Notes: generated from the letters alone by a model not told the origin. Positions 28,702-38,190 are shown, numbered from the stretch's first letter. The stretch: 64,000 nt of DNA from an uncultured Candidatus Saccharibacteria bacterium (GCA_964537935.1 CAZICT010000003.1:2013-66012); one strand, 5' to 3'. Program-made: numbers and translations.

Positions 28702-29190
28702 ATGATTCCGATTATCGTTATCGCACTTTTTGTGTTTGTGCCTGTTCTGTGGTCAGTAATTTTTCGCGTGAACGTGTTATTTTTGTTTATCGGTATCGTA
28801 ACCGGTGAGCTGATTGTCAGATTTTTGAGTGATGATGCGATTTTGGCGATCAACGCTTTCTATAACAACCAATACGTACCGCTTGCCGCACAATTAACAC
28901 TCTTGCTTCTTCCGGTCATGGCTACACTTCTATTTATGCGTAAAACACTGCCTGCCCAAAAGCTTGCACTGCAATTCTTGCCAATACTTGCCTGTGGGCT
29001 GCTGCTTGCCGTTTTGGCAGTGCCGCTATTTCCAAGCGAGTTTCAACAACAAGTGTTCGATCTTCCTTTTGGGAACATGTTCAATGAGGCCCAGGATATA
29101 GTTGTGGGCTTTGCGGCTGTTACCGTACTACTAACTGGCTGGCAAGGCTACCGCGTTAAGGGTGAGAAACACGGCAAGCATCACAAATAA
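28702..29190 (+). CDS. membrane protein, unknown function
   Basis: 162 aa, 4-5 hydrophobic helices. Confidence 0.6.
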   Translation: MIPIIVIALFVFVPVLWSVIFRVNVLFLFIGIVTGELIVRFLSDDAILAINAFYNNQYVPLAAQLTLLLLPVMATLLFMRKTLPAQKLALQFLPILACGLLLAVLAVPLFPSEFQQQVFDLPFGNMFNEAQDIVVGFAAVTVLLTGWQGYRVKGEKHGKHHK

Positions 29191-29193
29191 CTA

Positions 29194-29388
29194 TTAAGAT
29201 TTGTTATTACCGGCAAGCGCAGTTACACCAATCGTTGCAAGTGCGGCTATGCCAACGACAAGCACAGTCTTGCCAAGTGTTGTTTTGAGCTCTTCAAACT
29301 CCACTGCACCGAGCACAAGTGCAATAAGCAACGCAGCTACGACGACAATTACGATAATTCCACTAATTTTTAATGTCTTATTTCCCAT
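29194..29388 (-). CDS. small two-TM membrane protein
   Basis: AAGGAGG RBS 5 nt upstream of the ATG. Hydrophobic 64-aa product. Preferred over antisense ORF 29201-29452. Confidence 0.6.
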   Translation of the reverse strand: MGNKTLKISGIIVIVVVAALLIALVLGAVEFEELKTTLGKTVLVVGIAALATIGVTALAGNNKS

Positions 29389-29448
29389 AACAACCTCCTT
29401 ATTACCTATAAATATAGCCTGCTTTGATGAGTTATCACAAGCTGTTGC

Positions 29449-29970
29449 TTAAAAAGTGTCAGGCTCCTTTGGTGGTTGTGGCAAGGATGGTTGGGCGAAC
29501 TGTCCATTTTGTTGAAATGGATTTTGAGCAATATTAATGAAATTTAAAGATTGTTGTGCAATATATACGGCAACAGGAGATAATAGTAGGAAAAAAACTA
29601 TTAAAAGTACAGCATCGGCTCGTCCGTTTGTATAAGTGTTTATCGCCTGTGAAAGCTTAACTATAATCCATATACCAACAACGAAATAAACAAAAAAATA
29701 TAAGAGTAGTGCAAAAAACGCTAAAGAAAGGCCCAATAGCGTGTCATTTGCCGTATAAGTTATAGAAACAAGCATTACAATTAATACTATGGCTGCTAAG
29801 AAAGGACTAAGAAAAAACCACACTAAAAACTTTGGACTTGGCGCTTTGATACCTCGGCTGTAGAGGTCACGGCAAGTTATATACAGCCAATACACAGAAT
29901 AAAAAGGTACAAACGTATATAGAAGGGCAGTGGCTAAAGGATTACGCTGCTTCATCATAGTGGGTTGCAT
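29449..29970 (-). CDS. DUF4234-like membrane protein
   Basis: NPLATALLYTFVPFYSVYWLYITCRDL resembles the DUF4234 signature. Four TM helices and a Gln/Pro-rich tail. Confidence 0.55.
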   Translation of the reverse strand: MQPTMMKQRNPLATALLYTFVPFYSVYWLYITCRDLYSRGIKAPSPKFLVWFFLSPFLAAIVLIVMLVSITYTANDTLLGLSLAFFALLLYFFVYFVVGIWIIVKLSQAINTYTNGRADAVLLIVFFLLLSPVAVYIAQQSLNFINIAQNPFQQNGQFAQPSLPQPPKEPDTF

Positions 29971-30011
29971 TATTGTAATAATAGCACTTAATTTTAATAT
30001 TTAACTAAGAG

Positions 30012-30041
30012 TTGACTTTACAGATAAAATACGGATAATAT
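30012..30041 (+). promoter_or_regulatory. sigma70-type promoter facing the tRNA-Lys locus
   Basis: TTGACT(30012-30017)-N18-TAATAT(30036-30041). Confidence 0.5.
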
Positions 30042-30125
30042 AAGGAGTTAATTTTCTATTTAGCCATGCAGCCTTCCAGAATTTTAAACCAAGCAGCTTG
30101 TCTGCTGTTTAAAGTTTTGTGAGAA

Positions 30126-30184
30126 GGGCGGATAGCTCAGCCGGCGGAGCCTTGCTGCAGGACAATAAGCACTTTTAGGTGCTT
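30126..30184 (+). pseudogene. tRNA-like 5' fragment (acceptor strand + D-arm) followed by a UUU anticodon-like hairpin
   Basis: GGGCGGATAGCTCAGCCGGCGGAGCC shares ATAGCTCAGCCGG with tRNA-Lys. AAGCA-CTTTTAG-TGCTT (30167-30184) has a 7-nt loop with U33 and UUU. No T-arm or 3' acceptor strand is present. Confidence 0.45.
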
Positions 30185-30245
30185 TAACCGGCAAAAGCCA
30201 GAACTTTTATAATTTGATAACCGTTGATACACTTCCGTTAGTTAC

Positions 30246-30322
30246 GGGTCCATAGCTCAGCCGGTTAGAGCACCTGCCTTTTAAGCAGGGTGTCGTGGGT
30301 TCGAGTCCCACTGGACCCTCCA
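30246..30322 (+). tRNA. tRNA-Lys(UUU), CCA encoded
   Basis: GGGTCCATAGCTCAGCCGGTTAGAGCACCTGCCTTTTAAGCAGGGTGTCGTGGGTTCGAGTCCCACTGGACCCTCCA gives a perfect cloverleaf. Confidence 0.96.
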
Positions 30323-30329
30323 AACCAAG

Positions 30330-30350
30330 AACTCCCTTTTGGGAGTTTTT
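30330..30350 (+). terminator. intrinsic terminator after tRNA-Lys
   Basis: aactccc-tttt-gggagtt followed by ttt. Confidence 0.7.
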
Positions 30351-30393
30351 AGTTTGGTTGCTTTAATGAGACTCAAACCCATGGCACTCCAAA

Positions 30394-30514
30394 AGGGTGT
30401 CGTGGGTGAAGATTGCCGGTGGCAATCTGCAAGAGAACCTTCACCTGACAGCTGTGCTGTCTTGGCAGAAGTTCTGGGCCCGCAGAATGTGGGCGAGTCC
30501 CACTGGACCCTCCA
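30394..30514 (+). ncRNA. partial tRNA-Lys 3' copy whose T-loop is interrupted by a four-helix element of about 86 nt (unclassified structured RNA)
   Basis: 30394-30407 and 30494-30516 are identical to tRNA-Lys. 30408-30493 replaces a single T-loop nucleotide and folds into four hairpins. A homologous element lies at 61938-62023. Confidence 0.6.
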
Positions 30515-30523
30515 AATAAAATG

Positions 30524-30550
30524 ATTCATCTAATAGATGGGTTTTTTTAT
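30524..30550 (+). terminator. probable intrinsic terminator
   Basis: attcatc-taata-gatgggt stem (two G:U pairs) followed by T7. Confidence 0.5.
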
Positions 30551-30614
30551 TTTTAAGGTCAGGTTTCGACCTATGCTTTATTAAGTATTCAATTTGCTAC
30601 ACTAACTTCATAAT

Positions 30615-32066
30615 ATGAAACAAATGCGCAAATTGCGCCGTACTACTGTATTAATGTGGATCTTGGCCGCATTTTTGTGTGGATTGGTAATAGGAAAAAC
30701 CGGACTTGGCAGTTTTTATATAAGTGCAATTTTCATGCTGGGCGTAATAGCTCTTATGTTACGAAAACTGCAGCTTAGAGCGATTATCATATGGGCAAGC
30801 ATAGGGTTTTTGCTCGGGTACATTAGAGGCAGTTACTTCTTTGGCTTGCTTGCTCCATATCACGCTTTGGATGATCAGCGGGTTACTGTTACCGGAATCT
30901 CAGATAGTGATGCGGTGTATAACGATCGCCAGCAGCTCGAATTTGACCTCAGAAACATATCGTTTTCTGAGCCGGTTGATGCATCTCCACCGGGCGTTAT
31001 GAGAATCAGTGGCTTTGGGGTACCAGCGGTTTATCGTGGCGATAAGGTGCAAGCAACAGGCAGACTGTATGTTTCGCGTGGCTCACGACAAGCCGGGATA
31101 AGTTTTGCGCAGATTGAAGTTATCAAACCCACAACATCGAAATTCGAACGTTTGCGCAGACAGTTTGTTGCCGGAATGTCGACGGCGCTACCTGAACCTC
31201 ACGCATCATTAGCGCTAGGGATTTTGATTGGTCAACGCACAACTTTGCCAGAGCGTATAAATGATCGTATGAGCAAGGTAGGATTGACGCATATTATTGC
31301 AGTTTCAGGATATAACCTAACGATAATTATCGAAGCAGTACGACGAGCCGGCAAAAAGCGCTCAAAATATCAAAAATTGCTTTTTTCTGGAGTGCTGATG
31401 GTTGCTTTCTTGTTCATAACCGGCTTCAGTGCTTCAATTGTTCGCGCAGCCGTAGTGAGCAGTTTGAGCCTTTTGGCTTGGTATTATGGACGAACAGTGC
31501 GCCCGGTCTTACTGCTATTAATCGCGGCGGCTGTTACTGCCGGAATATACCCTTCATACATTTGGTCTGATATTGGCTGGTATTTATCATTTGCTGCTTT
31601 CTTCGGGGTTTTGGTAGTGGCTCCATTAATTACAGCGCGCTTTTGGAAAAATAAAGAACCCCGCCTAATTAGTTCGGTACTACTTGAAACGATTTGTGCG
31701 CAAATTATGGCAGCACCGATAATTCTCTATATTTTTAATGAAACTTCACTGATTGCTGTACTGAGTAATTTGTTAGTTGTGCCGATCATACCTCTGGCCA
31801 TGCTTTTATCGCTTATTGCCGGGCTGGCTGGTATGGTCATACCGATGTTAAGCGGTTGGCTGGCTTGGCCGGCGAGAGCGATACTTACCTATGTTCTGGA
31901 TATAATTAAGATTTTAGCTGAAGTACCGTATGCGCTTGTTAAAGCAACAATGTCCTGGCAAACGCTAACGTACGTTTATTTGATCGTAGTATTCATTACG
32001 TTCGTACTATGGCGTCGCCACCTTCGTCAGCGTGCTATAATAACAGATAAGATAAGCACTAACTAA
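30615..32066 (+). CDS. comEC: ComEC/Rec2 family DNA internalisation channel (no metallo-beta-lactamase domain)
   Basis: DUF4131-like N-terminal region plus the competence domain (GLTHIIAVSGYNLTII, SASIVRAAVVSSL). Confidence 0.85.
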   Translation: MKQMRKLRRTTVLMWILAAFLCGLVIGKTGLGSFYISAIFMLGVIALMLRKLQLRAIIIWASIGFLLGYIRGSYFFGLLAPYHALDDQRVTVTGISDSDAVYNDRQQLEFDLRNISFSEPVDASPPGVMRISGFGVPAVYRGDKVQATGRLYVSRGSRQAGISFAQIEVIKPTTSKFERLRRQFVAGMSTALPEPHASLALGILIGQRTTLPERINDRMSKVGLTHIIAVSGYNLTIIIEAVRRAGKKRSKYQKLLFSGVLMVAFLFITGFSASIVRAAVVSSLSLLAWYYGRTVRPVLLLLIAAAVTAGIYPSYIWSDIGWYLSFAAFFGVLVVAPLITARFWKNKEPRLISSVLLETICAQIMAAPIILYIFNETSLIAVLSNLLVVPIIPLAMLLSLIAGLAGMVIPMLSGWLAWPARAILTYVLDIIKILAEVPYALVKATMSWQTLTYVYLIVVFITFVLWRRHLRQRAIITDKISTN

Positions 32067-32080
32067 GGAGTAGATTAAAT

Positions 32081-32821
32081 TTGGCTGGACATTCAAAATG
32101 GGCAAAAATCCATCGCGGCAAAGCAGTTGAAGATGCAAAACGCGGAGCAGTATTCACTAAACTAGGCAATGCGATTGCAATCGCTGCTCGTGCCGGTGAA
32201 GATCCTGATATGAATTTTGCGCTTCGGTTGGCGATTGATAGAGCAAAAGCCGCCAATATGCCTGCCGCCAATATCCAACGGGCAATTGATCGGGGAGCCG
32301 GAAAACTGGGCGGTGAACAAATTCAGGAAGTCTTGTATGAAGGCTATGGACCGGGCGGAGTGGCTATTTTGGTTGAAGCGGCCACGGATAATATTAATCG
32401 CACATACCCTGAAGTGCGTCTGGCGTTTAGCAAGCACGGCGGAAACATCGCAGAAAAGGGCGCAGTTGCTTTTCAGTTCGCACAAATGGGCATGATTCGT
32501 GTTAAGGGCACTGGCGACGAACTGATGCTGCAACTCATGGACGCCGGCGCAGAAGATATCCAAGAAGAAGATGAAGAATCGATTGTTTACACAGACCCTA
32601 AAGAACTGGCTAAAGTACGAGATGCGTTAAAAGATCAAGGTATTGATATAATTGAAGCTGAATTGACGTACGTTCCGCAAAATACCATAGAAATAACCGA
32701 CGAAGCCACCGCCGGCAAAGTTCTACGCTTAATGAACGCGCTGGAAGATCTTGATGACGTTAGCCAGACACATACGAATTTTGAGATCTCGGACGAATTA
32801 TTACAGAAGCTAGATACATGA
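32081..32821 (+). CDS. yebC: YebC/PmpR family DNA-binding regulator
   Basis: MAGHSKWAKIHRGKAVEDAKRG. TTG start with an AAGGAG RBS. Confidence 0.95.
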   Translation: MAGHSKWAKIHRGKAVEDAKRGAVFTKLGNAIAIAARAGEDPDMNFALRLAIDRAKAANMPAANIQRAIDRGAGKLGGEQIQEVLYEGYGPGGVAILVEAATDNINRTYPEVRLAFSKHGGNIAEKGAVAFQFAQMGMIRVKGTGDELMLQLMDAGAEDIQEEDEESIVYTDPKELAKVRDALKDQGIDIIEAELTYVPQNTIEITDEATAGKVLRLMNALEDLDDVSQTHTNFEISDELLQKLDT

Positions 32822-33291
32822 GAATATTAGGAATTGATCCCGGAACAGGAATTTTGGGGTTTGGGATTATTGATGTAGATACCAGGAATAAAGCAGTGTT
32901 GGTAGACGCCGGCGTAATCCGGACACCAGTTAAGCAACCTGATAGCGACCGGCTGCTTACAATTTTTGATGAGCTTAGTGAAATAATCACACAGTTCACC
33001 CCGTCTGTAATGGCGGTTGAGAAGCTCTTTTTTGCTCAAAATGTTACGACCGCCATGAGCGTAGCCCAGGCGCGGGGCGTCGTTCTGCTCTGTGGCAAGC
33101 AAAATCAATTAGATTTATACGAATACACACCACTCCAGATCAAACAGGCACTTACCGGATATGGTCGTGCGGACAAAAAACAGATTCAGGAAATGGTCAG
33201 GATTATTTTAAATCTCAAGCAACCACCTAAGCCCGATGACTGTGCCGACGCTCTTGCCGCGGCTTTATGCCATGCCCAAAGCATGAGATAA
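32818..33291 (+). CDS. ruvC: Holliday junction resolvase RuvC
   Basis: MRILGIDPGTGILGFGII and the catalytic acidic residues. ATGA overlap with yebC. Confidence 0.93.
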   Translation: MRILGIDPGTGILGFGIIDVDTRNKAVLVDAGVIRTPVKQPDSDRLLTIFDELSEIITQFTPSVMAVEKLFFAQNVTTAMSVAQARGVVLLCGKQNQLDLYEYTPLQIKQALTGYGRADKKQIQEMVRIILNLKQPPKPDDCADALAAALCHAQSMR

Positions 33292-33298
33292 TAAGGTT

Positions 33299-33880
33299 AT
33301 GATTGTTTGGCTCGACGGCATTGTCGCCGAAAAAATGAACGAAGGTATAGTACTGAATGTACGCGGTGTGGGCTATGGTGTGCTGGTGGCTCTAGGAGAC
33401 TATGCACGGTTAACAGCTGGCGAGCCGGCAAGGTTATACATACATGAACATATCCGCGAAGACATGCATGACCTATACGGCTTTGTCCGCCAGGAAGACA
33501 AACAGTTATTCGAACAGCTGTTAAGCGTTAAAAATGTTGGCCCAAAAGTGGCACTGGCAGTAATGAGTATAGGCTCGAGCGAGGCGGTGCGTGGAGCGAT
33601 TGCAAATGGCGACGTAAAGCTTTTGCAAAGTGCTAAGGGAGTAGGCAAAAGAGCTGCCGAACAAATGGTCGTTGAGCTCAGGGATAAAGTCGGCCTGGTT
33701 GCATCCGACGCCGCAGAAGGCATAGTGAGCCGCGGAGGAGTAAATATGGCTGATGAAGCCGTCCAGGCTTTGATAACGCTTGGTTATTCAGAGTATGATG
33801 CTCAAGCGGCATTAAGCGGCATTGACGCCGAGCTGCCGACCGAACAGCGCATTACCATAGCACTGAAAGGGAAGCAGTAA
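33299..33880 (+). CDS. ruvA: Holliday junction branch migration protein RuvA
   Basis: OB fold N-terminus, HhH motifs ([24 protein letters not shown]). Confidence 0.93.
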   Translation: MIVWLDGIVAEKMNEGIVLNVRGVGYGVLVALGDYARLTAGEPARLYIHEHIREDMHDLYGFVRQEDKQLFEQLLSVKNVGPKVALAVMSIGSSEAVRGAIANGDVKLLQSAKGVGKRAAEQMVVELRDKVGLVASDAAEGIVSRGGVNMADEAVQALITLGYSEYDAQAALSGIDAELPTEQRITIALKGKQ

Positions 33881-34911
33881 TGGCGATTGAGCGGATTGTA
33901 CAACCAGTCATAGACGACGATGTTCAAGAGGTGGAATTCGAAGTAACGTTGCGTCCAAGAGATTTCGATAATTATATCGGTCAAAAAAGAATAAAAGAGA
34001 ATTTAATGCTGGCTATAGCTGCTGCCAAAAAACGAGGCGAACCGATTGATCATGTGCTGTTGTACGGGCCACCGGGCCTCGGCAAGACAACTCTTGCAAG
34101 TGTGATAGCCAATGAAATGAGTGCCAATATCCGTGTTACTTCCGGCCCGGCTGTTGAGCGTGCCGGTGATCTGGCGAGCTTGCTGACCAATCTTCAAGAC
34201 GGTGATGTTTTGTTCATTGACGAAATCCACCGATTGCACCGCAGCGTGGAAGAAGTTTTATATAGTGCTATGGAAGATTTCAAGCTGGATATTATGCTTG
34301 GCAAAGGACCAAGTGCCCGCTCGCTTCGGCTTGACCTGCCTCGATTTACTATCATCGGCGCCACGACACGTACTGGTGCATTAGCGGCTCCGCTTCGTGA
34401 TCGATTTGGCCTACAACACAGGCTGGAGTTTTATACTCCTAAAGAAATTGCTCAGATAATCATAAGGGCGGCTCAGATTCTGGGGGTGAAAATTGATGAA
34501 ACGGCCGCCGAGCATTTAGCAAAACGAGCTCGCCTGACGCCGCGTATAGCAAACCGTTTACTCAAGCGGGTGCGCGACTACGCAGATGTCAACGGCGACG
34601 GAATTATCGATGAAAATATTGCTTATTCGGCACTTGGTATGCTTGAAGTTGATGAGTTAGGCCTTGATCCGGCAGACAGACGTGTGCTTGAAAAAATTAT
34701 CGAACACTACAACGGTGGACCGGTAGGTCTAGAAACAATAGCCGCGCTTACAGGCGATGAAAAATCAACAATCGAAGATTTTTTTGAGCCGTATCTAATG
34801 CAAATAGGTTTGCTGGAGAGAACACCCAGAGGACGTAAAGCCACACTTAAAGCCTATGACCATCTGGGTAAGACTAAAAGCGATAACTCTAATCAGTCGT
34901 CAATGCTTTAA
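33880..34911 (+). CDS. ruvB: Holliday junction DNA helicase RuvB
   Basis: [11 protein letters not shown] Walker A, DEIHRL Walker B. TAATG overlap with ruvA. Confidence 0.97.
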   Translation: MAIERIVQPVIDDDVQEVEFEVTLRPRDFDNYIGQKRIKENLMLAIAAAKKRGEPIDHVLLYGPPGLGKTTLASVIANEMSANIRVTSGPAVERAGDLASLLTNLQDGDVLFIDEIHRLHRSVEEVLYSAMEDFKLDIMLGKGPSARSLRLDLPRFTIIGATTRTGALAAPLRDRFGLQHRLEFYTPKEIAQIIIRAAQILGVKIDETAAEHLAKRARLTPRIANRLLKRVRDYADVNGDGIIDENIAYSALGMLEVDELGLDPADRRVLEKIIEHYNGGPVGLETIAALTGDEKSTIEDFFEPYLMQIGLLERTPRGRKATLKAYDHLGKTKSDNSNQSSML

Positions 34912-34923
34912 AATAGGAACCGT

Positions 34924-35505
34924 ATGCAACAAACTAATTTATCAAAACACGGGAAGAAGTGTCTGAGCCTAATTGAGTTTGACGAAGAAGAAAAGGTTAT
35001 TGCTGAAATCCGTAGGCATCCGTTTGGCCTTTTTCTGATTTATACTACCGGCTTAACCATCGCCGTTATAGTATTTGCGGCCCTTGTTGGTGGCGGCTTA
35101 TTGGCTGAAGGCGACCGAGCTGATTTTGGTTTTGATATCGGTGTGCTTAAGACGATTTTGGTAGTGGCCGGTACGGTATTAGCCGGTTTAGTGCTTGTCG
35201 GTACGGCAATAGCCGGTTATTTATATAAAAATAATGTCGTGATTCTAACAAGCGAAAAAATCGCCCAGTTTTTATATACTTCATTGTTTGACCGCAAGAT
35301 TTCCCAGCTTAGCATTGGCGATGTGCAAGACGTGACTGTGTCACAAAAAGGTGTATTTTCTCGCATCTTCAATTACGGCACACTGGTTATTGAGACAGCC
35401 GGCGAACAGCAGAACTACATGTTTACCTATACGCCGGATCCGTATAATACGTCCAAAAAAATCGTCGGAGCGCATGAGGAAAATTTAAAAAAGTACGGCA
35501 ACTAA
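34924..35505 (+). CDS. bacterial PH-domain (YdbS/YdbT-like) membrane protein
   Basis: EEKVIAEIRRHPFGLF, two TM helices, then a PH-like C-terminal region. Confidence 0.6.
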   Translation: MQQTNLSKHGKKCLSLIEFDEEEKVIAEIRRHPFGLFLIYTTGLTIAVIVFAALVGGGLLAEGDRADFGFDIGVLKTILVVAGTVLAGLVLVGTAIAGYLYKNNVVILTSEKIAQFLYTSLFDRKISQLSIGDVQDVTVSQKGVFSRIFNYGTLVIETAGEQQNYMFTYTPDPYNTSKKIVGAHEENLKKYGN

Positions 35506-35511
35506 GCACTG

Positions 35512-35811
35512 TTACTCGGCGAACGGATTTTCACGGGCCTGCTCGAAAATACTCTTTACTTCTACGCTGCGTTCTTCCAGTCGGAGCATAGTATCTATGG
35601 CCGACTCATCTATTTTGGGGCGTTTTACCTCCAATAGCTTTTCAGTCAGGGCTGACTCTTCCGGGTCGGCTTGGGCCAGTGAATTAATCCGATAAACGAA
35701 TAGTATGTAGACGCTGCATAAGCCGACGATAAGTATTATCGGTAAATAACGCTGGATCGATTTAGCGCTTTGTTTTATTAGGGGCAGTATGTCTTTTACT
35801 TCTAAATTCAT
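35512..35811 (-). CDS. small single-TM protein, last gene of the pilus operon
   Basis: 99 aa. Its start overlaps the stop of the pilO-like gene. Confidence 0.5.
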   Translation of the reverse strand: MNLEVKDILPLIKQSAKSIQRYLPIILIVGLCSVYILFVYRINSLAQADPEESALTEKLLEVKRPKIDESAIDTMLRLEERSVEVKSIFEQARENPFAE

Positions 35812-36404
35812 GGTCTTATATACACCCTGATATCTAAATTAAAATCAACCATCGTGCGGTCACTGGTATTGGGGGTGATATTAATTGATGCTACTTGCGC
35901 GGTACGTCGATTGTTTTCAAGATTTTTAAGAAAGGTCAGTAATCGGTCATAACTAACTGGTGAGCTGTTCCTGATGCCGATTGTCATCTCATATACATCT
36001 TTCATGCCTTCAACTGGCGCAAGTTGGGATATCGGCGCTGACTTGGAGTTTGATTTGGCACTTTTTTCACCAAGGGAAGAAGCCGGGAAGCTAAAACCGG
36101 CAATCGATACACCGGATTCTTCGGCGATTAAGGTGATTTCCCTGATTGTTCCGGCCTGATCCTTATCTTGGGGCACGATTGCCCTGGCTAACCCATCAAT
36201 AGATTTGAATTCTTCAACGTCACGTCTGCCTTGGGCGAGTGCGAGTTGTTGCTCTACGAGAAATTCATCCTCAAGTTTAAGTTTTATTAACTCATTTGAT
36301 TTCTCTGTGAGCAGTTGATTGCCAAAATAACCTCCTGCACCACCAATGCCAAGCGATACAACGAATAAACCCAAAAGCAGATAGAACATCTTCTTGCTAG
36401 TCAT
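35808..36404 (-). CDS. pilO: PilO-like type IV pilus assembly protein
   Basis: N-terminal TM helix plus coiled coil. Position after pilN with overlapping start/stop. Call is based on context rather than sequence. Confidence 0.5.
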   Translation of the reverse strand: MTSKKMFYLLLGLFVVSLGIGGAGGYFGNQLLTEKSNELIKLKLEDEFLVEQQLALAQGRRDVEEFKSIDGLARAIVPQDKDQAGTIREITLIAEESGVSIAGFSFPASSLGEKSAKSNSKSAPISQLAPVEGMKDVYEMTIGIRNSSPVSYDRLLTFLKNLENNRRTAQVASINITPNTSDRTMVDFNLDIRVYIRP

Positions 36405-36993
36405 CGCTGTCTCCTTGTTTGGGTATCAGGAGGTAGGATGAGCTATCACCAAAAAGGGCACGAACTGTGACACCACAGGGATATTCTGAGTTAGTTGTAT
36501 TGTTGCAGCTAATATTTTCGATATCGGCCGTTTCGAAAATCTGATTATTTGGGTCTTGGAGGTTAACGATGATTTGTGATCCGGTCTGTAGGTCTCTGGC
36601 TTGGAAAATTAGGTCGATACCGCCATTTACTTCAGTTAAGTTTATCCCGGTAAGCACTGCTCCAGACGGAATTGATGAACCTATTTGAGCCAGCAGTTTA
36701 GAGAATAACACTTGCTTTGACAGCACTTGAGTAACGAGCTGAACGCTCTCGCTTATGTTGGTTACTTGTGACTGGGTTTCTTCTAAGTTTTGCACCTCAA
36801 GCTGTAATCTCGTTTCTTCAAGTCTTTGGGCATAAGTGTTGACGGACTGAGACAGGTAAATATAACCGGCGGCAATAATAAGCCCTAAACCGAGTATGCC
36901 AGCTGCTAGAAAAATAAGCCACTTGAGTAAAAACGTATTTTTACGAGCATAAAGCAACGTTTGTTTATAATCGGGTGGCAGCAAATTTATCAT
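36397..36993 (-). CDS. pilN: PilN-like type IV pilus assembly protein
   Basis: MINLLPPDYKQ N-terminal motif, single TM helix, coiled coil. Confidence 0.7.
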   Translation of the reverse strand: MINLLPPDYKQTLLYARKNTFLLKWLIFLAAGILGLGLIIAAGYIYLSQSVNTYAQRLEETRLQLEVQNLEETQSQVTNISESVQLVTQVLSKQVLFSKLLAQIGSSIPSGAVLTGINLTEVNGGIDLIFQARDLQTGSQIIVNLQDPNNQIFETADIENISCNNTTNSEYPCGVTVRALFGDSSSYLLIPKQGDSDD

Positions 36994-38066
36994 ACGAAAA
37001 TCTCCTTGGAGTTCGTCAAAGCCAGACCCGCCACTGTGACATACATTGATTTCTCGGCGCTATTTGGCGGTTGAAGTTTACCGAAATCAAGGTGTTGCCA
37101 AGGGTCACACATTCGAACCGGCAAGCGGAGCAGATTGGTCATATATTCGGATAGTCCCGGCATGTTTGCACCACCGCCCATGGTTACGACTTGAGCAATT
37201 TTTTCTTCGCTTCCAGAGCGCTCTTCGTAATAGCGAATCATACGCCTTACTTCACTGATAAGCTCATCAAGAACCGGTGCCAATCCTTCAGTGATTTCTT
37301 TTTGTTTCTTGCTTAGCCCAAGTCCGTATTTGGTTTTAATTATGTGTGCTTCTTGCTTGCTGACCTTTAGCTTATCAGCGATAAGGCTGCTGAAGCTATC
37401 ACCTCCACCGGGAACGGTTCCGGTAACAACAATCCCGTCGTCGTAGATGGTTATATCACTTGAAAGAGAGCCGAGGTCGATTAATACCGTTGGGATTTTG
37501 CTGCGTTCGGAGTGTTCAAAAAGTCGTCCAGCCGATGCGATGGTGGTTTCGAACATCACTGATTCAACGCCGATAAGACGTGTAAATTGAAGATATGATT
37601 CAACGATTTTTTTAGGTGCGGCAACTGCTAACAATTCAGTTGATTTGCTGTCTCGTTTTAACACCGTGTAGTCCATGTATAATTCGTCAACCGGCATCGG
37701 TATGTATTGCTCGGCTTCAAGCTTTACCGCCTCATCCAGTTCACTTTCTTTGAGTTTTGGCAGGCTCATAAGCCGGTTGAAAGTTTTACTGGCGGGTATG
37801 GCGACTGCGACTCGGCGGGTTGTAATTTCACCGATAAGATGTTTTTCAAATAGTTCTTTGGCACTTTGGGCGAGTGCGACAGGGTCTTTGATTAAACCGT
37901 CTTCAATTGCACCTGCTTCAAAAGCAGTTACTCCATATCCGGTGATTTTTTGTTTGCGACCCACAGATTCGATTTGCATAGCTTTTAGACTACTGAAACC
38001 AATATCCAGTCCAAACAACGGTCGGTCGTGATATAAATAAGTAGTATTGTTCATGCTGCCCATCAA
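36990..38066 (-). CDS. pilM: type IV pilus assembly ATPase-fold protein PilM
   Basis: Actin-like fold motifs (GLDIGFSSLKAM, LIDLGSLSSDITIY). Confidence 0.85.
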   Translation of the reverse strand: MMGSMNNTTYLYHDRPLFGLDIGFSSLKAMQIESVGRKQKITGYGVTAFEAGAIEDGLIKDPVALAQSAKELFEKHLIGEITTRRVAVAIPASKTFNRLMSLPKLKESELDEAVKLEAEQYIPMPVDELYMDYTVLKRDSKSTELLAVAAPKKIVESYLQFTRLIGVESVMFETTIASAGRLFEHSERSKIPTVLIDLGSLSSDITIYDDGIVVTGTVPGGGDSFSSLIADKLKVSKQEAHIIKTKYGLGLSKKQKEITEGLAPVLDELISEVRRMIRYYEERSGSEEKIAQVVTMGGGANMPGLSEYMTNLLRLPVRMCDPWQHLDFGKLQPPNSAEKSMYVTVAGLALTNSKEIFV

Positions 38067-38145
38067 AGCATAACAGCTTTAACCTGTAGTATAGCAGATT
38101 ACCCGGGGCTCGTCTTAGCTGAACTTATGCGAAATTCAATTAACA

Positions 38146-38173
38146 AAAAACACCTCTTTTCAGAGGTGTTTTT
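38146..38173. terminator. bidirectional intrinsic terminator after pilA
   Basis: aaaaacacctct-tttc-agaggtgttttt. Confidence 0.75.
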
Positions 38174-38190
38174 ATATTAAGCAGAATTAC

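Noticed and set aside
30394-30514. tmRNA (ssrA) interpretation of the T-arm/acceptor/CCA-containing fragment
   Set aside because: The acceptor would be G:C at the third pair (no G3:U70 alanine identity). No complementary 5' acceptor strand exists, there is no tag reading frame or pseudoknot series, and the length is far below the roughly 350 nt expected.
30281-30529. ORF-track entries 30281-30529 (-) and 30339-30524 (+), and likewise 61767-62021 (+) and 61909-62154 (-)
   Set aside because: They run through tRNA genes, terminator hairpins and the structured inserts. Their apparent similarity (WRVQWDS...) is just the translated tRNA 3' end. They have no RBS or coding-like composition.
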